Of a DNA stretch of 64,000 nucleotides, positions 52,801 to 60,725 are shown in pieces (position 1 is the stretch's first letter; the number at the start of each line of letters is the position of its first letter). Below the pieces are notes generated by a model. The model was not told the origin of the DNA. It was given only the letters and a program-made list of their open reading frames with translations, and did not search any database. A program made the position numbers and the translations under genes. Source of the DNA: an uncultured Planctomycetota bacterium (GTDB taxonomy: Bacteria; Planctomycetota; Planctomycetia; Pirellulales; Lacipirellulaceae); the NCBI GenBank assembly GCA_963719315.1, contig CAVRBU010000002.1, forward strand, positions 480,001 through 544,000. Direction: 5' to 3'.

Positions 52801-54077
52801 GCAGCGTCACCTTCACCGCGGCCAGCTCGATCAACGACGACAACCAAGGCATGCTCCTCACGAACAACACCGGCGGTACATCGACGTTCCTAGGAACCAA
52901 CGATTTCAACACCGGCGCCAATGATGCCGTGACCGTCACCAACAATACGGGTGCGACAATCAGTCTGAGCGACTTGAATATCGATACCACGAGCGGCCGG
53001 GGCCTGGTGGCGACCGGCGGTGGCACCCTCTCCGTGCTCGGCGCCACGAATACGATCGACACGACGACCGGCGTGGGTCTCGACATCGAGGGCATGACCA
53101 TCGCCCCGTCGGGTGTTTCTATCCAGAGCGTCAACGTCAACGGCGCCGCCAACGGCATTGTGCTTCGCAACTTGGGCGGCACCGGCGATGTTTCCGTCGG
53201 CAACGCCGGCGGCGTCCAAAACTCCGGCGGCTCGCTCACCACGACCAGCGACGCCATCGTGCTGGAAAACACGGCCAACGTCGTTCTGCGGCACGTTCAA
53301 GTGGTCTCCGCGGGCGGCCAAGGCGTGAATATCGATCACACCGCAGGGGCCACGACCGCCATGGACGTGACGGTCCAAGACTTGAACCTGGATACCTCGA
53401 CCGGCAACGGCATCAACGTCCTGGGCGCGAACAATACGCAAATCTTCAACCTGCGACTTACGGATAGCGACCTGGAAAAGAACGTAGCAATGAGCATCAC
53501 GGGCTCTGGCACGTTCGGCCTGCTCGTGGATAACAACGACATCAACACCGGCGGCACGGACATCGCCTTTGCCCTCTCATTTAGCGGCTCCGCGCAGACA
53601 GGCAACGTTACGCTCCGCAACGGCAACGTATTCGCGGCATCTGATGCCTCGGCGCTATCGATCACGACGTCGGGCGCCACGTTTAAGACGATCGACCTAT
53701 TGGTTCAGGACAGCGTCTTCTCCAACAATAGCCTGAGCACCGCTGCTAATTTCCTGAGCAGCGGCAACACGCTCTACAACGCGACGATCCAAGGCAACTC
53801 GTTTGACGACGCCAACGCCGGCGGAAGCGACTTCATGATGGCTTCGAACGGCGCTCAGGCGCGGATTCGCCTGAACCTTGGCGGTGATGTCGCTGCCGAC
53901 TTCAACACGCCGGCCGGCGTTGGGCAGTTCGAACTGTTCGAGAACGGCGGTTCTGATTTCGACCTGTTCCGACGGGACGACACATTCAACAATCTACGCA
54001 ACAACGGCACCGTGGACGGCAACGGCGGAACCTACGATGATTCGCCGGTGGCCCCACCGCTGCCGCCCGTGCCGTAA
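49809..54077 (+). CDS. Inverse-autotransporter-like beta-barrel protein with long beta-helix passenger
   Basis: N-terminal barrel strands (GFNVGVGYR, WDVRANGYIP, RLREPVLRN), GNGTFESPY motif, then ~1000 aa N/G/T/D-rich beta-helix repeats; start uncertain (out-of-frame ATG with GGAG at 49745). Confidence 0.8.
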   Translation: MATSARVVAFLAIALELVSVAIAENMVMPPAEPTAVDSAAPPMTQSGNVSFYSQDLGTILRLRYNTESYGQDGQGNFDIGSFQVITMEDSAAFLDGQVTLNDVNGVGFNVGVGYRIIDFPPYAMDTGRMEGVSLWADGTHTEAGNFFPQIGVSLESLGEMWDVRANGYIPVGKQDQVGPFKSTGKIGFEGNSISQLTRAVVDSSFTVGEIEIARRMGAERDAWAFAGPYFLTNDREDSAGARVGVRGYAYPDLLLQFAVSNDDVFHTNATFSLQWFVGRTRTDYQPACDIRDRLREPVLRNDYVALAKSTRAGGMALTQPDGSAIRIVHIDSNAAAGGNGTFESPYNELDQANGAGSMAGDIVFAHSTSIFGTSIILKDNQRFLGEGNNQTFMVATQQEGTITIPESSPGARALARPMIVAAMGDAVTLADNNEVSNFDINGQNVTARAIAAPAGGAGNPNLNHLAISNTVGDGIAFAPKTITDPNDATRQIVRGNVSIDNVTFSNVGGNGIDIDSSTTTNVALPTVTLQEAIAISNVMSTNGTGRGINLKNTHTGAGHTATLTNYTYDGGATSLGALRLNNIDGTFTASASTLTNGSTAAGTAGVQILGDTDGTLTFQNTFVMNNVNSEAAFDINGDDAGTDKLNGSITVNSAITNDTGRSVAVQNVAAGANVTFNGNIADTGNGLLVSSNSGGQITFLGDLAMTVDTPAATAVNVIDNTGANIDFAGDVVINSTNTANGFSATGGGTLSAPSTVNSVSTESGRAVQITGMTIAAAAVHFGNVNRTASAATNAIQLETNTGGPITIGNTTDSAGDAGTIVGGTADAIRIVDSANVSVNGLRVNNTAAVSGVHVEKSNATAMTTNLSDLELNGGDIGVETVGGGTGAVTMTVNDTAINSSTAQGMLFNNLDVGSATVNNATIDGNNVNGTAGGVRITDSNASITFDSATSIKEFGGTDFEVNAGTGTISFAGDIVNSTTVNPVDTTGRSVHVHNVTGGSVTFTAASSINDDNQGMLLTNNTGGTSTFLGTNDFNTGANDAVTVTNNTGATISLSDLNIDTTSGRGLVATGGGTLSVLGATNTIDTTTGVGLDIEGMTIAPSGVSIQSVNVNGAANGIVLRNLGGTGDVSVGNAGGVQNSGGSLTTTSDAIVLENTANVVLRHVQVVSAGGQGVNIDHTAGATTAMDVTVQDLNLDTSTGNGINVLGANNTQIFNLRLTDSDLEKNVAMSITGSGTFGLLVDNNDINTGGTDIAFALSFSGSAQTGNVTLRNGNVFAASDASALSITTSGATFKTIDLLVQDSVFSNNSLSTAANFLSSGNTLYNATIQGNSFDDANAGGSDFMMASNGAQARIRLNLGGDVAADFNTPAGVGQFELFENGGSDFDLFRRDDTFNNLRNNGTVDGNGGTYDDSPVAPPLPPVP

Positions 54078-54153
54078 TCGTAGGGGTGGCATGCTTTCGC
54101 GGCGCTTCGCCGCGTAAGCATGTTTCTAAAGATGACTACGAGGGAAACGATCT

Positions 54154-54225
54154 GCGGGAGGCGTCTCTGAAGCCGATAAACCTCTCCAGTTGCAACGCGC
54201 CATCGGCCTCGGAGATGCCTCCCAC
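54154..54225. repeat. REP-like doublet, family D
   Basis: gcgggaggcgtctctgaagccgat ... atcggcctcggagatgcctcccac. Confidence 0.75.
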
Positions 54226-54229
54226 GGTC

Positions 54230-55096
54230 TTAGCTGCGGCGTCGGCGGTGGGACATTAAGCCCATTCCCGTCGCACCGAGCGCGGCCAACGCTGCGCTCA
54301 TCGGCTCCGGCACAGCGTTCGACGCGGCCGAAAGTCCGCCCGATGTTCCAGATGCGATAGACGGCGAACTCGAGCCCCCGTTGAAGCCGGCGGCGGAAGC
54401 CTCCATGACCGACTGCACTCCCGCCATCGCCTTGGCGGTCGCCAACGTATCGGAAATCACGAACGCGCGCTTGATGAACACCTGGAAGCCGTTGTCTTCG
54501 ATCGGCACACTTGAAAACCCAAGGTTTCCCGCGCCGGCCCCGAACACGGGGTCCTGCGTGCGATCGATGGTCTGTAGCGCCATGATCGCGTTGATCGTCG
54601 TCATATCCGGAATGGCGGCGAACACGGTAAAGTCGGCGTCAAGAAATGTGTTGCTCGTCAGGTTCACGAAGAAACTGCTTGTACCACTATTCTGATTCGT
54701 GCCGCCGGTGGCAAGCCCCGAAAGCGCTAGCGAAACCGTGCCCACGGTATTCGACAGGCCAGGATTTTCAGACGCCGGTTCGCCCGCGATCGGCGCGAAA
54801 GCCTGCACCGAATGCGTGCTGTCGATCATGATCGGCGGCCGCTTGGTGTGCGAAAAGAATCCGCCCATCTGCAATACGAAGCCGGTGTCGGCTCGGTTGA
54901 TCCAACTGCCCAGGTAGCGATCCTCCTCGACGTACCGCAGCATGTTATCGACGTGCTCCTGCAGCACAGGGTTGTTCGTTGGGTTCAACACCATGTCGAA
55001 GTTGCCGACGGTCGTTTCGAACCGAACCACCTGGGCCGGCGAAGTGAGAGCTAGGCCGAGGCAAAAAACAAACGTGAGAGTGAATCGAGAAATCAT
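54230..55096 (-). CDS. Secreted cyclophilin-type peptidyl-prolyl isomerase with PEP-CTERM
   Basis: VRFETTVG, INR..GFVLQMGG, GTVSLA, SFFVNL..N.FLD; VPEPMS-TM-RRRRS. Confidence 0.8.
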   Translation of the reverse strand: MISRFTLTFVFCLGLALTSPAQVVRFETTVGNFDMVLNPTNNPVLQEHVDNMLRYVEEDRYLGSWINRADTGFVLQMGGFFSHTKRPPIMIDSTHSVQAFAPIAGEPASENPGLSNTVGTVSLALSGLATGGTNQNSGTSSFFVNLTSNTFLDADFTVFAAIPDMTTINAIMALQTIDRTQDPVFGAGAGNLGFSSVPIEDNGFQVFIKRAFVISDTLATAKAMAGVQSVMEASAAGFNGGSSSPSIASGTSGGLSAASNAVPEPMSAALAALGATGMGLMSHRRRRS

Positions 55097-55246
55097 GCGC
55101 CTGCCGTAAAAAAGTCGTCGAAGTGCGTCCCTAGTGGGTAAACCTTCAGGCTAATCGGCCGTTTCAAATACGTCAAAAGATGTGTCGGAATGGCTGATTG
55201 TTAAGAATATACGGCCGTCACCCGTCGAGGGTTTTCAAAAATGCCC

Positions 55247-55481
55247 GCCAGGCGTTGCCGAGCGGGATCTGAGCCTGCTTGGCGACCTTGTGAATTCGCT
55301 CAGGTCCCTTCCGGCAGAAGGGACCTACCAGGACTTGCCCGGATCAATTGGCTGCCGAGACAGGCTGGACATCGTGGCCGGGCCGAACGAGAATACGATG
55401 CCAGGTTGCTTCAAAACGCAGCTGAATTTCGTAAGAATTCAGAACGCATTGCAATTCACCGAATTTTGCAAATTCGGCGAC
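55247..55481. repeat. Cluster of REP-like palindromes
   Basis: caggtcccttccggcagaagggacCTAC (55301-55328) plus family A doublet (55418-55481). Confidence 0.65.
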
Positions 55482-55529
55482 AACGAATATCAGCTTGCTT
55501 CTCGTTTATTCGTTCCTTGAGGTCTTTCC

Positions 55530-56333
55530 ATGTCGACGCGGAATCTTGGCTGGAAGTCGTGCGGAGTCATCGCGGCTTCGTGCTTTGCTTGGATCGGATT
55601 GCAGCCTGCGTTAACAGCTGCCGAGCCGAAAGCGATGAAACCGATTCGCGTGGCGCTGTATGCGGACGGTGGCGCTTCGAAAAAGGGTTCGCCGAAGGTG
55701 AAGGAAAGTCTCCCCAAGGAGAAGGGATTTGAACTCCAAATCGTGACGGCCGAAGAAATTCGCGGCGGCGCTCTGGACAATTTCAACGTCCTGATTCAAC
55801 CGGGCGGCAGCGGCTCCGGGCAAGCCAAGGCGCTCGGCGACGAAGGCCGTGAGCGCGTCAAAGAATTTGTCGCCGCTGGCGGTGGCTACATCGGCATTTG
55901 TGCGGGATCGTATCTGGCCTCGGCCAGCTACCCCTGGTCGCTGAATCTGCTCGACGCTCGCGTCGTCGACTCCGAACATTGGGCTCGAGGAACCGGCGAG
56001 GTGCAAATCAACATTACACCCGCGGGAAAAACGGCGCTGGGAACCAATGAAGCGCAATGCGCGATTTACTACGGGCAAGGGCCATTGCTTGCGCCGGCCG
56101 GCAAAGACGACATCAACGACTACGAGCAACTGGCATCGTATGAAACCGAGATCGCGAAAAGAGGGGCGCCGCCGGGGGTCATGAAGGGCACGACCGCCAT
56201 CGCTCGCGCTAAATTTGGCAAAGGCCGCGTCGAGTGTTTCAGCCCACACCCGGAAAAAACTCCGGGCCTCGAGCCGTTTCTCCAAGCCGCGGTCCGCTGG
56301 GCCGCCGAAGAAAAAGAAAAGCAAAAGCACTAG
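55530..56333 (+). CDS. Secreted BPL-N / class I glutamine amidotransferase-like protein
   Basis: Signal peptide; QPGGSG, YIGICAG (Cys elbow), SPHPE. Confidence 0.82.
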   Translation: MSTRNLGWKSCGVIAASCFAWIGLQPALTAAEPKAMKPIRVALYADGGASKKGSPKVKESLPKEKGFELQIVTAEEIRGGALDNFNVLIQPGGSGSGQAKALGDEGRERVKEFVAAGGGYIGICAGSYLASASYPWSLNLLDARVVDSEHWARGTGEVQINITPAGKTALGTNEAQCAIYYGQGPLLAPAGKDDINDYEQLASYETEIAKRGAPPGVMKGTTAIARAKFGKGRVECFSPHPEKTPGLEPFLQAAVRWAAEEKEKQKH

Positions 56334-56746
56334 CTAGCGTTCTCGCTGGTGATCAGCAGGAAGTCCGGCAAGCGTTGCACGCGCCCCTCGCGATCGATGC
56401 AGGCGAGCGTGCTTTCGGCCTCGGCCAGCAGATCGTGCCCTCGCAGAACCCGGTATTCGTGGTCAATTCGCGCCCCTCGCGCGCGGACAGTGCGAATTTG
56501 CAGTCGTAATGTGTCGCCGAATTTGCTCGGGCGGTGATATTTGCACGCGATCTTGTTGACGACGAGCAGAATCCCGTCCCGTTCGAGCTGCGCGTAGTCG
56601 TACCCTAGCGCGAGAAGCTGCTCGACGCGGGCCAACTCGAAGTATTGAAAATAATTCGCGTGGTGGACGAAGCCCTGCCCGTCGGTCTCGTAGTAACGAA
56701 CGCGAATTTCAATTTCGTGGTCGGAAAGCACGGTTGTAGAATCCAA
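56330..56746 (-). CDS. Acyl-CoA thioesterase (YbgC/4HBT family)
   Basis: RVRYYETDGQGFVHHANYFQYFELAR. Confidence 0.9.
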   Translation of the reverse strand: MDSTTVLSDHEIEIRVRYYETDGQGFVHHANYFQYFELARVEQLLALGYDYAQLERDGILLVVNKIACKYHRPSKFGDTLRLQIRTVRARGARIDHEYRVLRGHDLLAEAESTLACIDREGRVQRLPDFLLITSENAS

Positions 56747-56748
56747 TT

Positions 56749-56819
56749 GTGGGATGCTTCTCCGAAACCGATGACGAGTTCAACATTTTAGCGAACTCGG
56801 CGTCGGAGATGCCTCCCAC
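56749..56819. repeat. REP-like doublet, family D
   Basis: gtgggatgcttctccgaaaccga ... tcggcgtcggagatgcctcccac. Confidence 0.75.
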
Positions 56820-57046
56820 AACAAAGAGGCGATATTGAGCACAGCCGATCAGCTATCGTAGCCGTTTCGCCCCCGGCGACCAACGTCGTTCCGCTCGCCG
56901 CGATTTGCAAAGTTGCCGCAAACGCTTATAGTTAGGGCACGGCGCGACGCCGGAACCGGGGCAATCGACAGGCTCAGACGAGCGAACGAGCCGCCTCGCT
57001 GTGCTACCCAAGAAGCGGCACATACTTTTGACGTAAGGATTCTGCC

Positions 57047-57547
57047 ATGAGTATTGGCGAAGGAAGCGGCGCCGGCGCGGGTACGGACTTCGTAACCATG
57101 CGCGGCCGCGATTACCCGTCGATTCGCCAGTTCACGGTGTTCCTCGAGAACCGAGTCGGTCAATTATTGGATGTCGTCCGCCGATTCGAGGGCAGCCACG
57201 TGCGGATTGTCGCGCTAACGATTTCCGATTCCACCGAATGCGCCCTGGTGCGGTTCTTGCTGAGCGACCCCGAGCAAGGCCGCGAAATCCTGGAGCGGGC
57301 CGGCTTGGCACTCGTGGAATCCGATTTGATCGGCGTCGAGCTCCCGGATTCGCACCAACCGATGTTGCAAATCTGCACGGCGCTCCTGGCCGCCGAAGTG
57401 AACATTACCCAGATTTACCCATTGCTAATTCGCCCCACGGGCCGCCCGGCGGTGGCGCTGATGGTGGACAACATTGAAATCGCCATCGAAACGCTCCGCA
57501 TGAAGGGCTTCCACGCAATCAATGAAGACGAATTGAAGGAGACGTGA
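57047..57547 (+). CDS. Tandem ACT-domain protein
   Basis: QFTVFLENRVGQL and LLAAEVNI..IYP ACT-like units. Confidence 0.82.
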   Translation: MSIGEGSGAGAGTDFVTMRGRDYPSIRQFTVFLENRVGQLLDVVRRFEGSHVRIVALTISDSTECALVRFLLSDPEQGREILERAGLALVESDLIGVELPDSHQPMLQICTALLAAEVNITQIYPLLIRPTGRPAVALMVDNIEIAIETLRMKGFHAINEDELKET

Positions 57548-57625
57548 GGAGGAGCGAGCGGCGAGCCGCTAATGTGGCCAACCACACTCCGACGACTGTA
57601 ACTCGCTCCTCGCACCTCGCAACTC
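57544..57625. repeat. Inverted heptamer-like arrays (GCGAG.. / ..CTCGC)
   Basis: gtgaggaggagcgagcggcgag ... ctcgctcctcgcacctcgcaactc, ending 3 nt before ATG 57629. Confidence 0.65.
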
Positions 57626-57628
57626 TTT

Positions 57629-58333
57629 ATGCCGATCCAAGTCACGTGCCCAGGCTGCTTGAAGCGCTTCAGCGTCGCGGATAAATTCGCCGGCCAAAAG
57701 GGCCCCTGCCCCAAATGCAAGCAGATCATCACGATCCCCAAAAAGGAGGATGAGATCGTCATCCACGCGCCGGAACATTCCGAATCCGGCGCCGTCGGCG
57801 CGGGCGGCCGGCACGTTCTCAAAACGTATAAGCGCAAGGAAACCAAGTTTCAGCCGCTCTTGTTTACCGGCGTTATCGGCTCCGTCTTGGTCGCGGTGCT
57901 GATTGCCTTGGTGATCCGCAGCCAAGGAGCTCCGGAGTTGTGGCTGAAAGCGGCTGCCGCTATTCTGCTAGGCCCGCTCCTGGCGTGGGCCGGTTATACA
58001 TTTCTTCGCGATGCCGAATTCGAAGCCTACACGGGCACACCACTCATCATCCGATCGCTCGCGTGCGGATTAATCTACGCGGTTTTGTGGGCCGTCTACG
58101 TCTTCCTAGGCGACCGGTTCTTTGGGGCCGACGCCTTCAAAAGCGGCCTGGAAATCTGGCAAATGTTCGTACTCATACTGCCGATCTTCGCAGCCGGCAC
58201 GCTGGCCGCGTATGCCTCGTTCGATCTCGATCCGGGCAGCGCGTTTTTTCATTGCGCGATGTACTTCGCCGTAACCGTGCTGTTGCGGCTGGTGGCGGCG
58301 TTGCCTGCCATGCCGGGGTTGGGCGGCGCATGA
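57629..58333 (+). CDS. Zinc-ribbon membrane protein
   Basis: MPIQVTCPGC..CPKC, then about five TM helices. Confidence 0.82.
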   Translation: MPIQVTCPGCLKRFSVADKFAGQKGPCPKCKQIITIPKKEDEIVIHAPEHSESGAVGAGGRHVLKTYKRKETKFQPLLFTGVIGSVLVAVLIALVIRSQGAPELWLKAAAAILLGPLLAWAGYTFLRDAEFEAYTGTPLIIRSLACGLIYAVLWAVYVFLGDRFFGADAFKSGLEIWQMFVLILPIFAAGTLAAYASFDLDPGSAFFHCAMYFAVTVLLRLVAALPAMPGLGGA

Positions 58334-58366
58334 AAGTGGCCACGTAGCGAATACGCCGCCTCGATA

Positions 58367-58461
58367 ATTGAAAATTGCAAAATGCAAATTGAAACATGAG
58401 AATTGCGGAGACGAGCACTTCCACAACTTCCACTCTGCATTTTTCAATTTGCAATTTGCAA
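58367..58461. repeat. Inverted heptamer arrays (AAATTG[C/A] / [G/T]CAATTT)
   Basis: attgaaaattgcaaaatgcaaattgaaa ... tgcatttttcaatttgcaatttgcaa. Confidence 0.8.
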
Positions 58462-58486
58462 AGGTTTCTACGGCGCCAGCAGTGAC

Positions 58487-59827
58487 GTGGTTGTGTTGTC
58501 GACGATCTACGACATCCCTGAAATCGGTCGAGCGCGTGGAACGAGCGGGCGCGTGCGGATTCCGCCGGGCGTCGATGTGCCGCTCACTGCCCGCGTGCGG
58601 CGGCTGATCGACTCGGCCGGTTTTCGTCGGCTCGCCCAGATCAGCCAACTCGGTTTGGTGCGGCTCGTCTACCCGGCCGCCAATCACACGCGGCAGGAAC
58701 ACTCGCTGGGCGTCTTTCTGTCGGCGATCGAGTATCTGGAACGGCTCGCGGCCGATGAGCGGTTTTGTGCCGCAGTCGCGCCCAAAGACGCCGAACTGCT
58801 GCTGGCCGCCGCGCTGTTGCACGATGTAGGCCATTGGCCGTTCGGGCATCCCATCGAAGACTTAGGGCTTACGGATATCCCGCACCACGAATCGCTCGCC
58901 GGCCGGGAGATTTCGACCGGTCAGATTGCCGAAGTCTTACGCAACGACTGGGAACTTGATCCGGCCGATGTCGCCGACCTCGTAGGCGGCAACGTGCGCG
59001 ATCGCCCGCATCGAATACTCCGCAGCATCCTCTCCGGTCCGATCAACGTCGACAAGATCGACTACCTGATGCGCGACAGTCTCCACGCCGGCGTGCCCTA
59101 TGGCCAGCACTTTGACCGCCGCCGGCTGATCGGCAGCTTGTGTCTCAACGCTGCGGGCGACGCGGTGGCGATCACCGATAAAGGGAAAACGGCCGCCGAA
59201 ATGATGGTCTTCGCCCGCTACGTGATGTTCAGCGAAGTTTATTGGCACCACGCCGTGCGATCCGCCACGGCAATGCTACAGCGGGCATTCTACATGTTGC
59301 GCGGGAAGCTTGACATGGAGCGGATCGTCGCGATGACGGAACAACCGATGATCGACGCGCTCCTGGCCGCCGGCAGCAAATCGCCGGCCGACACGCTGCT
59401 CGACGGCATCTTCGGCCCCAATCGGCAACTTTACAAACGCCTCGCGCAGTACAGCTATTTCGAAGAACCCGAGTTGTATCAGCACATGGCCCGCCGACCG
59501 TATGCCTATCTAGTTGGGTTCGCCGAGCGGATCGCGAGCATGCTTTCCAAGTCGCTCGGCGCGACGATCGAGGCGCAGGAAGTGCTGGTCGACGCGCCGC
59601 CCGCGAAGCTCGAAGTCGATTTCGAGATCAACGTCCACTTCGCGAAGCAAAACGTCTACCGCCGTTTGGGCGATATCTCGCCGGTCGTGCGGACGCTGGC
59701 CCAGGAACAATTTGACAATTACGTCAAGCGGGTGCGAATCTTTGTGCACCCGCGCGTCTCGGAAGACGTTCGCGGCTTGCCGGATTTGTCTGACCGATTG
59801 GCCGACACGATCCGCGACGTCCACTAA
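58487..59827 (+). CDS. HD-domain phosphohydrolase (SAMHD1/dNTPase-like); start uncertain
   Basis: FRRLAQISQLG..VYPAANHTRQEHSLG, LLHDVGHWPFGH, DKIDYLMRD, VYWH. Confidence 0.9.
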   Translation: MVVLSTIYDIPEIGRARGTSGRVRIPPGVDVPLTARVRRLIDSAGFRRLAQISQLGLVRLVYPAANHTRQEHSLGVFLSAIEYLERLAADERFCAAVAPKDAELLLAAALLHDVGHWPFGHPIEDLGLTDIPHHESLAGREISTGQIAEVLRNDWELDPADVADLVGGNVRDRPHRILRSILSGPINVDKIDYLMRDSLHAGVPYGQHFDRRRLIGSLCLNAAGDAVAITDKGKTAAEMMVFARYVMFSEVYWHHAVRSATAMLQRAFYMLRGKLDMERIVAMTEQPMIDALLAAGSKSPADTLLDGIFGPNRQLYKRLAQYSYFEEPELYQHMARRPYAYLVGFAERIASMLSKSLGATIEAQEVLVDAPPAKLEVDFEINVHFAKQNVYRRLGDISPVVRTLAQEQFDNYVKRVRIFVHPRVSEDVRGLPDLSDRLADTIRDVH

Positions 59828-60276
59828 ACTGCCGTTGTCACTTCGGCATTTCGCGCCGCCGCATTCCACCCGCGCGGGGCTGGCACGATCTTCGTGATCA
59901 CCGCGCTCCCCCCACGTTGCTGCAACATGGATTCACGGAAACTGGCCATTTCATTAGCCAACTGCCTATTGCTCAGAACGCCCTGCCCGACCAGAATCTC
60001 GGCCAGTGGGCGTTTGCGGCCGGCCTGAACCATAAGCAGCCGCATCAAGTCGTCGCGGGTCATAAGCCCCATTTCGATCGCCAGATCGCCGAATCGTACG
60101 TTCGGCGAGGCACTCTGGGCCCGGAGGACGTCAAAGATATTCCGCGGCGCAATGATCCCTTCCTCCAAGGCAAGCTGGCCGATGGGCGTCAGCGTATTGA
60201 GCTGCATCTCTAGCGCGGCGACCAACTGCTCGGCCGAAATGGTTCCCTTCTTCTTCAAGTACAGCCCGAAGTGCAT
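59824..60276 (-). CDS. Stand-alone MshEN-repeat protein (putative c-di-GMP binder)
   Basis: Four 24-aa (R/P/H)(L/F/I)GxxLxxxGxxxxxxLxxxLxxQ-like units with 5-6 aa spacers. Confidence 0.72.
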   Translation of the reverse strand: MHFGLYLKKKGTISAEQLVAALEMQLNTLTPIGQLALEEGIIAPRNIFDVLRAQSASPNVRFGDLAIEMGLMTRDDLMRLLMVQAGRKRPLAEILVGQGVLSNRQLANEMASFRESMLQQRGGSAVITKIVPAPRGWNAAARNAEVTTAV

Positions 60277-60725
60277 GGCATCTTCCAGCGACGGTACGTC
60301 GCAAATAATCTCGATTTCCAATCAATGTCAAACGGCGCAAATCGTCGGTTCGATTACTTCGTGAAGCCTACGTTAGCCGTACTCTGCGGCAAGTTGAGGA
60401 TCGTATCGCTCGCAACGGCGGTGACGATTGTGCCGTGCACCGGCATGCACACCCTCAGTGACCGGGTGCCACTGGCTCAGACAGCCTCTCTCAAACCGCC
60501 GACAAAGCACGCCGACCGATCGCGCCGCAGCGCTTTTTTCCTGCGAACCTTTATGGACTCGGGACTATTTGCCGATAGCACAAACTAGTCAGGCTATTTT
60601 CAGCCGATCGGCTTGCAGTGGACGTAGGCCAGGTTTATTCGCCCAAGTTGGAGTTGGGCGACCGCACTGTGACGGGCATTCCATCCCGACCAGCCGCGCG
60701 ATACTCTTGGGCACCCTCCACACCA

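Noticed and set aside
55182..55520. 112-aa and overlapping ORFs between the cyclophilin and BPL-N genes
   Set aside because: The region is a REP cluster; the translations show no protein-like features.
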